From the NCBI GenBank assembly GCA_965113315.1, contig OZ220379.1: 64,000 bases of DNA, one strand, 5' to 3'. This stretch comes from Podarcis vaucheri. Its lineage: Eukaryota. Position 1 is the stretch's first letter. Each line of letters begins with the position of its first letter. A model generated the notes under the pieces. It did no database searches. It saw only the letters and a list, made by a program, of their open reading frames with translations, and had not been told where the DNA came from. This document shows, piece by piece, positions 9,501 to 22,300 of this stretch. Both the position numbers and the translations under genes were made by a program.

Positions 9501-12500
9501 GCTGCTGCTACCGCATCCTGGAGAACCCTAGCATTGGCCACCACAGACATCGGCCTACACGAAATGCAGTGATTCATCTGCTAGGTGTCGTTTTACTGCG
9601 TTATGGCCATATGCTCAGTAAGTCTGCTCTTTTCTTTTAGAGCTACCCTAGTGTTCGACATGATATGGGTCCAGCTGCTGTTGCTGGTGCACCATAAACC
9701 CCTAACCTAAACTTCCCTACCTGTCTTCTTATTGAAAATGAGTCTTCTCTTACCGCAGCTATCTTTGGTAGGTGCCACTCTGAAGGTCGTGCAGATGCTG
9801 CAGCACTTTGAACACGTAGCTCCCGTGTTTGTGGAGGCTGTGGGTGTGTGGATCAAGGAATATGGAATGAAGAGCATTGTGGGGGAGCTGCTAAGGTGAG
9901 AGGGGCTCTTGCCCTTGTTCCCACCCTGTTCTCGGCAGCTTCAGCCACTGACTCTTGGTTCATTGTTCAGGGAAATCGGACAGAAGTGCCATCAGGAGCT
10001 GTCCCGAGATGCCTCAGGGGTGAAGGGCTATGCTGCCTTCCTTGTAGAACTGGCTGGACAAGCACCAGCCATAGTGCTGGCCAACATAAGTGTCCTCCTG
10101 CATCACCTGGACGGAGAGGTACTCAATATGGAAGCATGTGAAATGTTAAGACTGCACAACTCTCCTTTTCTTTGACCTGAGATCTTGAGCATATATGGGA
10201 CGGTGTAGTTGTAATGGCTTATTTAAAGCAAAGAAAGTCACCACCCCCACCTGCCCAGCCTGCCTCTTGCATCTGTCAAGGCTCTGTTATTTTGTCTGCA
10301 TCTCTTTGTTTTAGTTGCACCTCAGTAGATTCAGAACCAGTAGCTGGCATCTTTTCCTCTGCCGCCGCCCCCCCCCTCCCTTCATATGCCTGCTTTATAA
10401 CTACACTCAGGTTTTCAGGCAAAACGTATCGAGCACCCAGACCAACCTTGTAATTCAGAACCTGCTTTAGAATGGATTGCCAGCTTTCCTGAGGCTGCAG
10501 ACAAATCATAGAGAGCTGCCCAGAAGAGTTTGGTTCAAATACAAGAATCGGCTCTGTGGTTCTTAATTCGTGAAATCCTCCCTTCTGTGGCATCAGTCCT
10601 GCTCATGGTTGCTTGGTAATGAGTGGTGTTGGACTCTTGAGACTTTCTTCGGAGAAAACCTTGTTTGGATCAATGTGCAAGTCGGCCACAACCCTGTGCT
10701 GCAGCTGGAACACTAGGGGCACACATGTGCCAGCCCAGAAAAGTCTTTCCAGCTATACGAAATGGGATGTGTGTATGGCATCTTAATTCTGTGTCTCTCT
10801 CGTTCTGACTCATCAATCATGTCCAAGTATTGCATCAGGATATTCTGGTTTTGGATTGCCTTTCCCTGCAGCTTCTAGCAGTCAATGATAAATAGGCTCA
10901 GGCTGGGCTGGCACAGAGCTGCTGCTGTGGTGGGCATCTGGCCTACAAGTGCTGCAGAGATAAAGCAATTCAACCTGCTTCGTATTGGAAGTTTCCTTGG
11001 GACGTTTGCCTCCTCGACCCCTTGTTTGTGAGATTTTGAAAGCGCCAGGAGAAATGCCCTTCTAAACAATATTGTCGTCCTGCAGAGCTATGGGATGCGC
11101 AATGCCATTTTGACTGCTATGGCAGAGGTGCTGCTGCAGGTGCTGAATGGAGAGCAGCTGGAAGAAGCTTCCAGAAACACAAGGGATCAATTCCTGGACA
11201 CCCTGCAGGCGCACACATGTGATGTCAATAGCTTTGTGCGCAGTCGTGTGCTGCAACTCTTCACCCGAATTGTGCAGCAAAAAGTGAGTTGTGAGGGAGT
11301 TGAGCATCCTTTATCAATTCCATACCTCCAAGGGTAGGAGGGTACTTTGCATTGGGAAGTGCCATCTCTCTTGGAGGCTTTTGATAATTGTAGATTGCTG
11401 GGGCTTTGTTCTAGTTTTCCTGTCCTGCCAAGTTTAATTGGCTTGTTTAGGGTTAATTTTTCCTCCCCTCTGCACACCTGCGAGTGGGATTGTGTCTGCT
11501 GAGCATCTACTCCCCTCCAGCCTTTGGTTCACCGTATTTTGTCCATCCTCTGCAGTTGAAGAAAGCAGGAAATGGGCAGCCATGTATTCTAGCTGGACCT
11601 CCAGGTCCCCTCCTTATGGAAGAGGCTATGAGAATATCCACACCGTTTGTAATCACGGGCATCCCCCCCACTTACGCACAATGGGCTTGCGCATGACCAC
11701 ACATATGTGCGGTGCCAGGAAAAATATAAATAATTCAATTCAAACCTGGACATAGAATCATAGAGTTGGAAGAGACCACAAGGGCCATCGAGTCCAACCC
11801 CCTGCCAAGCAGGAAACACCATCAGAGCACTCCTGACATATGGTTGTCAAGCCTCTGCTTAAAGACCTCCAAAGAAGGAGACTCCACCACACTCCTTGGC
11901 AGCAAATTCCACTGTCCAACAGCTCTTACTGTCAGGAAGTTCTTCCTAATGTTTAGGTGGAATCTTCTTTCTTGTAGTTTGGATCCATTGCTCCGTGTCC
12001 GCTTCTCTGGAGCAGCAGAAAACAACCTTTCTCCCTCCTCTATGTGACATCCTTTTATATATTTGAACATGGCTATCATATCACCCCTTAACCTCCTCTT
12101 CTCCAGGCTAAACATGCCCAGCTCCCTTAGCCGTTCCTCATAAGGCATCGTTTCCAGGCCTTTGACCATTTTGGTTGCCCTCCTCTGGACACGTTCCAGT
12201 TTGTCAGTGTCCTTCTTGAATTGTGGTGCCCAGAACTGGACACAGTACTCCAGGTGTGGTCTGACCAGAGCAGAATACAGTGGCACTATTACTTCCCTTG
12301 ATCTAGATGCTATACTCCTATTGATGCAGCCCAGAATTGCATTGGCTTTTTTAGCTGCCGCGTCACACTGTTGGCTCATGTCAAGTTTGTGGTCAACCAA
12401 GACTCCTAGATCCTTTTCACATGTACTGCTCTCAAGCCAGGTGTCACCCATCTTGTATTTGTGCCTCTCATTTTTTTTGCCCAAGTGCAATACTTTACAT

Positions 12501-15500
12501 TTCTCCCTGTTAAAATTCATCTTGTTTGTTTTTGCCCAGTTCTCTAATGTGTCAAGGTCGTTTTGAAGTGTGATCCTGTCCTCTGGGGTGTTAGCCACCC
12601 CTCCCAATTTGGTGTCATCTGAAATTTGATCAGGATGCCCTTGAGTCCATCATCCAAGTCGTTGATAAAGATGTTGAATAAGACCGGGCCCAAGACAGAA
12701 CCCTGTGGCACCCCACTAGTCACTCTTCTCCAGGATGAAGAGGAACCATGGCGGGAGAGAGCTGGGGAGTTTTTGTGGCTCATGGGGAGACCCTCCTTGG
12801 AGCCCGAAGAGGATGTTGGTGTGGGTGGAGGAAGCCCTGAGGATACTGGAGGCACAGTAGTGCTTTGTTTAGTCTGCTCAGCCTCCCCGCCTAACAGCTG
12901 ATGCATGTGGTAGCGCAGCAGCCACTTGTCCTACAGCCTCTTGCTGGCCCAAGAGCTTCAGTTCTAGTTGTGGATATTTATTGATACAGGTTTTTGGTCT
13001 GGATTGGAGAGACAGTGGCAGAGAGGGCATTTAAAAGGTGCTTAGAGGGTCTCCCCACTTAGACGATTTTCACCCAGAACATAACCCCCACATACTGAAC
13101 ACTGAAACAATACATGTGATGGCTGGAGAGAGCTGTAGGCCTTCAAGGGAACAGTGCAAGTAGGAACCAGTCTATATTTCAAGGGCAATTATAAACATAC
13201 ACATGTTTAGGACCAAAAGCAAAATACAGGTTTCTAGTACCACTTAATCAAGGTAACATGGCATTGGTGCCACTTACTGCTTCTACAGTTGTACCTGTTT
13301 ATAGCCTCTCATCTCTCTCTTTCCTCCCTGCTTGTAGGCTTTGCCCTTAACTCAGTTCCAGTCTGTAGCATGCTTAGCTGTGGGTCGCCTACAGGATAAA
13401 TCTGTAAATGTGGTTAAGAATGCAATTCAGCTGCTGGCTGCCTTCCTTTCCAACAATCCTTTCTCCTGTAAGGTAAGCTCTTTATCTCACATTTTGCTTG
13501 GTACGCTAACACCCTTTCCTGCCACTGTAGGCACCCCCCTTCCCCAAACTTTGGTTCCTACTCATACACAATTGGATGGAAAAGAAGAGGTAACTCGGTA
13601 GATAAATCTTAAACTCAAACTGCATGAAATGTAACATGTGCAAGATAGATCAGAGCATCAAGTGTTTTGTCATTATTCCCCGCCCCCAATTTCATAAAAT
13701 ACAGGGGGCCACACAGCAGGGGCAGTAACTCTTCATTAGTTAGTTTGGAAGGACTCTTCCTCTGAGTAGTTTATGGGAGCTAACTATCTTTAAAAAACTA
13801 TTATAAGTTACTTACATCGACATTTGCTCAGGTAACTCGAACACAATCTAACTTTTGGATCACATTCCCTTAGATCTCACAAGATTTGGATATGAAATTT
13901 GGTGATAGCGGGGGAAGAAGGGGGTTTGGTGGGAGGAGCATGAAATTAGCTGCGTTAACAAGAATTCTTATGTTCACAGTTGAGCTGCACAGACTTAACT
14001 GAGCTGCTTGAGAAAGAGAAGCAGAAACTTCAGGAAATGAAGAGCAAAGGCAGAACCAAAACTGGTAATGTACTTTCCCCTGTGCCGCAGCTCAACATTT
14101 GAGGTGCCCCTGGCTGGGGAGGTGTGGGAAAAGGCAGAAATGGAAAAGGGAAAGGCATGGAGAATAGAAAGGCAAAGTTTGAGACCAGTGGCGAGAGTGG
14201 AACACAGGAGAAAAGGCAGAAATTCCTGGAGACTCGAACATAATTCAAAATTGTACCTTCAGCTCCAACAAAGCCTGTATGAGGGGATGTCTTAGAGAAC
14301 ACACCTTAAGACATTTGCAGTTGGTACGTAGTTGTGTGTTGTCTCCTTTATTAAGGAGACTTAAGCCCAATTCATAAGTCCATGGCTGCTTTATATTCAG
14401 GAATGTTTCCCATTTCAAGCAGTTTTCTATGGCAGGGTGAAAACCAGTTAATCAGCTGGAAAAGATCTACCCCAAATCCTAACCCAGCACTCTTAACCAC
14501 TACACCGCTGGCTCTGTACAGAAGTAACATCTCCATTCATTGGTCCACCCACTTTTGCCTCTAGCCCCGTACATCACTGTCATGTAGCTCTTGAAAGGTT
14601 GCCTAGAAGGGAATGCAGCCCTTGGGCTGAAAAGGGTTCCCCCACCCCTTGCTCTATAGAGCACTAACTTCCCATTAACTGCTGTTCATCGCGATGGTGA
14701 TGAAGGCTTAATCTGACTCTTCCGCCTCGCAGCTGTGGTGATCCCTCCAGAGGAGGAGTGGGAAGCCATGCAGCCAGAGCTTCAAGCAACCTTGAAGAGT
14801 TGCCTTTGCTCGCGAAAGCAGGAAGAAGAGGTGGGTGAGCTTGAGACGGAGGATCCAGCACAATTATTTGAGAGCATTGTCCAGCTGTTAAGGAAATCCA
14901 ATTACAAGTGAGTAAACCCAGAAAGGATTTGTGTGCTTCTCATCGCAGTAGGATGGGGTTTTGTCTTGGGAGCTACGTGTCCCAATATTCCCCCGCAAGT
15001 AATTCTAAGGGGACGCTGCATCGCTCAGATGAGCTGGATGAATGTGCGAAGGGCAGCTGGATCACATATTTTGCCACACGTGCTTTCAATGCAGGGGTGC
15101 CATTCATCTGACACAACAAGGTATGCGCCAGTTCCAGGCAGTGGAGCCCTTCAGCGGAGCAAGAACAGAGGGTGATGAGGAAGACTTTATCCTGAGCGTG
15201 TTGAGAACACTTTACATAGGTTTGTCATTGAAATTCTACTCAATATTGATCCAGCACACGAGAAGGAAAAAAGATAGAAAGAGAAAGTGAAGCACACGTT
15301 CCTACTGGCCTTACTTTCATAGTCAGCATGACCTTGACAGAGATAAGAGAACCAGTTTAAGCCAGCTGTACTCAGGTTCTCTGAAGGAATAACCCAAACA
15401 TCATTGTCAAAATAAAAAAATTCCTTCCAGTAGCACCTTAAAGACCAACTAAGTTAGTTCTTGGTATGACCTTTCGTGTGCATGCACACTTCTTCAGATA

Positions 15501-18500
15501 CACACTTCTTCAGCTACCTATCTGTAACCCAAACATCATGAACCTTTTGCTTGTTTCTTTCACACAGAGAAGCTTCCAGAACCTTCTTGAATTACCATAT
15601 TTTTTGCACCATAACACTCACTTTTTTCCTCCTAGAAAGTAAGGGGAAATATCTGTGCGTGTTATGGAGGAAATGCCTACGGGTGGCATGCCTACGGATT
15701 TTCCTCCTCTAAAAACTACGTGCGTGTTATGGTCGGGTGCGTGTTATAGAGCGAAAAATACGGTAATTAGAATAGGAAAGATCACATCAGATCAATACTT
15801 TCTGCAAACTGACACTGTTGGTGCTCCACCTCACTTTGCTGCTTCGTTGGCTCCAGTATCCCCTCTTTACAAACATGGATGCCACTATTGCATCTAACTG
15901 TGTATCTTTTCTCACACGAAGTGAGTAGTGGAAGGTACCAAAATCAAAAAGGGTTTGTGGATGTGGAAGCTGAACTCGTTCTTCTTCACCATACCTCTCA
16001 GCAGTCAGGCACCCAAACATGACCCCATCGCGCTCCCGATCTTGAAGCAGGATCTAAGAAAAGCACACAAAGCAATCAAGCACAGTGGGAGGGGAGAATG
16101 TGATGGATTCAGTTCTCCCACCCATGTTTACTGAAATTTAGTCTACCCATCCACTCCCATTTTATACATCATAGTGGCTGCAGCTATCGTTAGATTGACA
16201 CTAGTTCCCTGCCACACTAGACATTTGTCTGGAAACATGGAAAACGCTTGTCTTTCATCAGACTCTGCATGCATTGAAAAATTCACCATTGCAATATAGG
16301 TCTCTATGCAATTGTATTTAGACCTCCTCTATGATAGTGTGTTGGAGCTGCATGGATCTTCTTTCTGTGTTTCAGGGTCCCAGGCTGAAGGTGGTGCCCA
16401 AGAAGCTACAGATGGGGAGGAAGAACAAGACCAGGAAATGAAGCAGCCTCCAGAAGAGCTAGTAAAGCAGGAGATGCTGGTGCAGTACTTACAGGATGCC
16501 TACAACTTCTCTGCAAAAATCACAGAAGCCTTGAGCTTGGTCTCCAGACTAATGTATGAAAGCTCAGTCTCCGGTACGTGTAATCTCCTACTCCTGGTTT
16601 ATCTTTTCCTGATAATGCTAGTCTTATATAATGTTGTTTTTTAGTTTGTGGAGCCCAAGGAAGTGGACAGAATTTTTGGTGAAGTAATGTCTTTTGCAGG
16701 ATAGTTCATTTACCCTCCTTTGCTTATAAAAGCCCTACCAGAAGAGGGGACTGGTTGAGTGAGTAAGGGGAATGGTCATTGTCTCCGAGACAGAGCTGTT
16801 TCCATCAGGCTCAAAAGAGGCACGGTTAAGATCTTTGTTTAAAAAGTAAAACCCTCCATGAATCGCATCTTGTTGAAGAATTGCCAGATGGTCTTCAGTA
16901 TTACATTTTTTTTGGGGGGGGGGGAGAAGTTTAAGGATGTTATGGCATCTCAACTCTGCCATTTCAGTCCAGTTTCAGCCTTGGTTCTGGGACAGAGACA
17001 ACTCTAGTCACCTTAGGTGATCTACAGCAGGAACTAGGCTAGGGAAGAGCACCCCAGTTGGTTCTGAGCCACTTTCAATACCATGGTACCCTGGGTCATT
17101 GGACTGGGTGGCACTGTTTTGTGGTGGTTCCAGTCTTTCCTGGAAGGGGTTTCAGAAGATGGTTGTGGGTCCTATACAACACTTTGGGCTCTATCCTATG
17201 GGGTCCGACAGGATTCTATTCTGTCCCCTATCTTGTTGAACATCTACGTTGACGTGTTCCTCATGGGGCCGCCTTTGAAGACTGCTTAGCTGCTGACGTA
17301 GCTGCCTATAAAGCCCCAAACAACTTTGGTCCAATATTGGAGGAGGAGTGGAGCACTCTATCCCTCCTCTGTGTCTAACGAGGTCTACTGCCATAGGACG
17401 AAAGCACCATCCTCTCCTTAGGATAGAGATGCAGCAGGCAGGATGGAGCCCTCGGTCCTTCTGCCACCCTTCAGGAGGCCAATAACATGTTTTGACTAGT
17501 CACTTTTCTTGTGGCTCATTTACAAGGCTGCCTAACAGAAATGTAACATGAACATTGCAGTGTTTAAGGCATCTGAATTTTGTTTTTTTAAAGATGCAGT
17601 AGAAAACCAAGTGCCCTCACCATCCTTTTCTCTTCTTTCCTCCCCCCAGTTATGCAGGAAGCTATTGAATTCTTTGTGATAGTCTCTCAGTTTGGTGTCC
17701 CTCAGGCTGTTCTTGGAGTACGCCGAATGCTTCCGCTTGTATGGTCCAAAGAGCCAGGAATCAGAGATGCTGTGTTGGATGCTTACAGGACGCTCTACCT
17801 GAATCCTAGTGGAGACTCTGAGAGGTTTGGCTGACGCCCTTCCACCTGCCATGACAAGAGTAGATTGTGCTTTATCTTAACTGGGAGTTCCGGGGAGGGG
17901 TGGAGAAGATGCAGTTACAATCAAGTACAGTGGTACCTCGGGTTACATACGCTTCAGGTTACAGACGCTGCTAACCCAGAAATATTACCTTGGGTTAAGA
18001 ACTTTGCTTCAGGATGAGAACGGAAATTGTGCGGCGGTGGCACAGCCACCGCAGGAGGCCCCATTAGCTAAAGTAGTGCTTCAGGTTAAGAACAGACCTC
18101 CGGAACGTATTAAGTACGTAACCAGAGGTACCACTGTATACTATTTCTATGTGGCCAGTCCTGAGGTCTGTTTTACACCTTCAGATTGAAATCCAGTGTC
18201 CTCCTTGGGTGCACTCGGGGTTTCACATAACAAGGAATGCATCTCTCAAACTGCCTTTTCCCTCTAAATGAATACACTGGTTATGGACTATGTCAAGTTA
18301 CTTCTTTTGGTGTAGTCCCTATTCACCTTTTTAATCTAGGTTTGCAATCATGACAGCTGTTAAGTGGAATCTCTAGGCTATTCTTTTTCTTTTAATTCTC
18401 TTCCTGCTTCTCTTCAATACACAGGGCTCGAGCCCAGCACTTGGTGAAGTCTCTCTCCCTGCTCCTGGTGGATGCGTCACTGGGGACCACTCAGTGTCTC

Positions 18501-19269
18501 GGAGAAATTGTGAGTGTGCTTTCCCCTGTAACAGGCCACCTCTCACAAACCCAGTCACACTTGACTCAGAGTATAAGCCTGTTTTGAAGGTTTTTTTCTT
18601 GTGTTTTTTGAGCTCTTGAGGAACTTACTAATATAGGCAGACCTGGCAGTACAATTTCTGATTGGTCAAATTTACTGGCATTGGATGGTAATTTGGTTGA
18701 AGCAAGTTAAGCTGACACTGGCTTGGGCTTCTTTAGTTTAGGAAAGGACGCAACTGCCGGGGGGGGGGGGGAAGGTTTCTTGAGAATGGAATATTATTGG
18801 GCATATGAAGATAGAACTTTTCCCTCCGCAGTACTGGCTGTCGGGGTCATTCAAGTTTGAAGGGCAGTAGATTTAGAAGAAAAGAGTACTTCCCTGGACA
18901 CATAATTTGTAGAATTTGCTATGCTGGTGAGATCCCATCTCAAAGGGAGGGATAAGACAAATTTGCAGATCAAATTGTACCTTTGTTCAGAGACTGTGGT
19001 CCTCTGAATCCTTGCTATTGGGGGGCAAGTGCTAGGCAAAGGGTAGCTGCTTCTGTGCCCTGCTTATATAAGCATCATGCTGGATATTGTTGGGAAGAGA
19101 ATGATGAACTATTGGCCTGTTGTTACTGGGGTCTTGTGTATCGTAATGTGTTTTTAGTCCTTGTTTAATTATTGTGTTAGGGTGGAAAAGTGAAATTGGC
19201 CAGCCAGATGATAGTCTCTTAACCCACACTCCCAATAGTAGCTTTGTAAAGTTGGAATAGGCATTTAAC

Positions 19270-19311
<42 letters not shown>

Positions 19312-22300
19312 TTTTAGTATAACTCACCCAAATTTCTGCAGCATGAAAGCACTCCTCTGCTCCAAGTTGCAGCTTCTTTATTCCAGCCATTTAATCTGCA
19401 CAGAATTGACCTCACTTGCTTGGGGGCGGGGGGGGGGGAATAACTTACATGCTTTTTATTTAAAATTTAAAAAATTAACAATTGATTGCTGTATCTTCCC
19501 TGATAATCTTTGTGGTTCCCTAGATCTCTGAGTTTGTGCAAAAAGATGAAATAAAACCTGCTGTGGTCCAGCTGCTCTGGGAACAGTTTACAGAGAAATT
19601 GCAGTGTTCAGCATTGGAGCGCCATGCTGCCATCATGCTTCTTGGGATGATGGCACGGTGAGTCTTTAATTTAGCCTCCTGTGTCCTGACTCTTTCAAAG
19701 CAACAGATTTTCTGCCCGCCCGCCCGCCCCCCCCCCAAGCTCCTGCTCTTTTCTACCCTCACTCTCTTGGGTTAGGTAGGTGAGGGGAAGCCCAAGTAAT
19801 CTTGAAATTTGGTTGGTTTGGCTGTATTGCCCTTTTTGCCATAGGTATGTGGTCCTCATCAGAGTTCAAAGGTGTTGCATTTTGTGTGGGCCAATGGGTT
19901 TCAGAAGTCAGATATCAGCCACGGTGTTCTTACTGTTGTGGTACCCCAGTGAAATAATTTCTCTCGTCTCCCACTAGCTGAGGCTTAATGCATAACTAAG
20001 CATGGGGAATGATCTCTTAGGTTGTTTTGCTTCTGTGGTATATTTGGATTTTAGTGGCTTGAGTCCTTCAGAGTCACTCTCATGTGGTTCTAACGAAATG
20101 TGTTTTTGCCTTCACCAGAGGGAAGCCTGAGATTGTGGGGAGCAACCTGGATGTTCTGGTAACAGTGGGGCTGGATGAGAGAGTGCATGGAGATTATCGC
20201 CTTGCCCGAGAAGTGTGCAATGCCATCTCCAAAATTGCCAGTAGCCAGAAGGTCAGAATCTGCCTGTGATGGGTGTAAAGTTATTTTCTTGTGTTATCTG
20301 CCACAACAGGTGGCAGCCAACTTCGATAAGTCTGGGTCTTGGGAGTTTTATCAGTAATGAATATTGCATGTATTCTTTGCCCCAAACTGTAATAATATTC
20401 AATGTAACTATACAGCATGTTTTTGAGTACTCTCCTCCTTCACCTTGCATCTTTTACAGCAGCCCTACTGTGCCTGGTGTTCTAAGTGTTCTAAGTTTTA
20501 ATTGGCATTTGGAAGCCACTTTCAGCTATGGGGCAATTCATGCTCTTTTAGTCACTTCACAATATTGCACTATGCTGTAGATCACTGGTCTGCAACTGGT
20601 GCGTTGGGACCTGCTAGTGCAGGCATCCCCAAACTCGGCCCTCCGGATGTTTTGGGGCTACAATTCCCGTCATCCCTGCCCATTGGTCCTGTTAGCTAGG
20701 GATTATGGGAGTTGTAGTCCCAAAACATCTGGAGGGCAAAGTTTGGGGATGCCTGTGCTATTGGGTTGTGGCTTGATCGAAAATGGATCGCAACAGGATA
20801 ACTACCACTATGCAAATACATATGGTAAAATATTAAAAAATGGGTATGTTTGGGCTAAAAGTGGGCCCTGCATCTGAGAAGGTTGAATATACCTGCTCTA
20901 GATCAGGTGTGAGGAACCTTTGTCCCTCCAGATGTTGCTGAACTACAGCTCACATTATCCCTGGTCATTGGCTATGCTTGCTGTAGCTGATGGGACTTGT
21001 AGTTCAACAGCATCTGGAGGGTGAAAGTTTCCCCATTCCAGTTCCAGATCATTGTCGAAAAGCCAGGGCTCTCCCCTGCCCTTTAAGTGCCACAGCCCAA
21101 TCTGACCAAGCATGTGTCATTTAACCGTTGTTGTGAATAGAGGACAGAGTTCTGATGCGAAAATCTCAAGCTGCTGTGCTTGGCCAAACTCACGGAGCAG
21201 TTGCGAGGGTAGCTTTAAAGTAGAACTGTTTATTTTTGCTACATTTAATCAGTTTATTGCTGAAAGGCAAACAGGGCAAGGTTTTGATGGACAAAACCTG
21301 ATGCGCTGTCTTTCTACTTACAGCCTGGCCTTGAGAAAAGGAGTCATCCCTTCCGGCTTCCTCAGGCACATCAGCTCTTTGAACGCCTGCGCGAAGTGAT
21401 AACTGTGGGTGAGTTACTGAAGCTGCAATACGATGGGTGAGTCTGTATGCAAGCTGGTTGCCTTACCTGATATAAGTAGTCCTTCTGTTCTCCTTCAGGC
21501 TTTGCTAGATCAAGTGCATACTGGATCCCTTTCACAGAGACAGCAATTGCCCTCATCTATCAGTTGGCAGAAGGGCCTGAGGAAGTATGTGCTCAGATCT
21601 TGCAGTGCTGTAGCCAGCAGGCCCTGGAGAAGTTGGAGTCTGAGGGGACTGAGGCAGGTGAGTTGGAGATGGGAAATGCCCCCATTCCTTTTGGTTTACT
21701 CTTATGTGGCTGTGAGGAGAAAGGGTGAAATGGAAAAGAGCTGACCAAGAACCTAATAGATGAGCAGGTACAGGGCAACAAGGACTCTTTGGGTAGTAAA
21801 TGTGCAGCGCTGAAAACTAAGGGCAAACTGCAGATGCGTCATGGAACAGTTTTTATTTGCTTCCAGAGCCTGGCCCACCTTCTCCCAACAAGGCTGCTGA
21901 CGAGCTTAGCACTATTGACACCATGGTGTTGACACATCTGATCTCTCTGGCTGGGGACGTGGCGTTGCAGCAGCTTGTACACCTGGAGTTGTCAGTGAGC
22001 GCAGAGCTACGCAGGCGCCGAGTCCTTGGGGAAGAACGGGAAGCGAAAGAAAAGGCTGCAAGCAAAACGAAGGGGCAGAATGACAAGGTGAGGGGGCTGG
22101 ATTTCTATCACTGCTGCTTCATTGGCCTCCTGGCACTTTTGACACCGTAGCAGGAACTGATCTCTGTTTCCTATCTGGCCATAAAATTCTGCAGGTCCCT
22201 CTGCTGTTCAGGAGCTCGCTCGCTCTCTATTTAAAAACAGCCAAACCTTTCTGAGCAAATCCTTCTGTGTAAGTCCCTTGCTAAGTGTGCTTGCTTGTCA

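Noticed and set aside
11822-12607. 261-aa ORF that looks like a gene
   Set aside because: It is the C-terminal part of a truncated, frameshifted CR1 reverse transcriptase
14697-14716. GTGATGA...CTGA resembling snoRNA C/D boxes
   Set aside because: Only 9 nt separate the boxes and there is no terminal stem; it coincides with the branch-point region of exon 12
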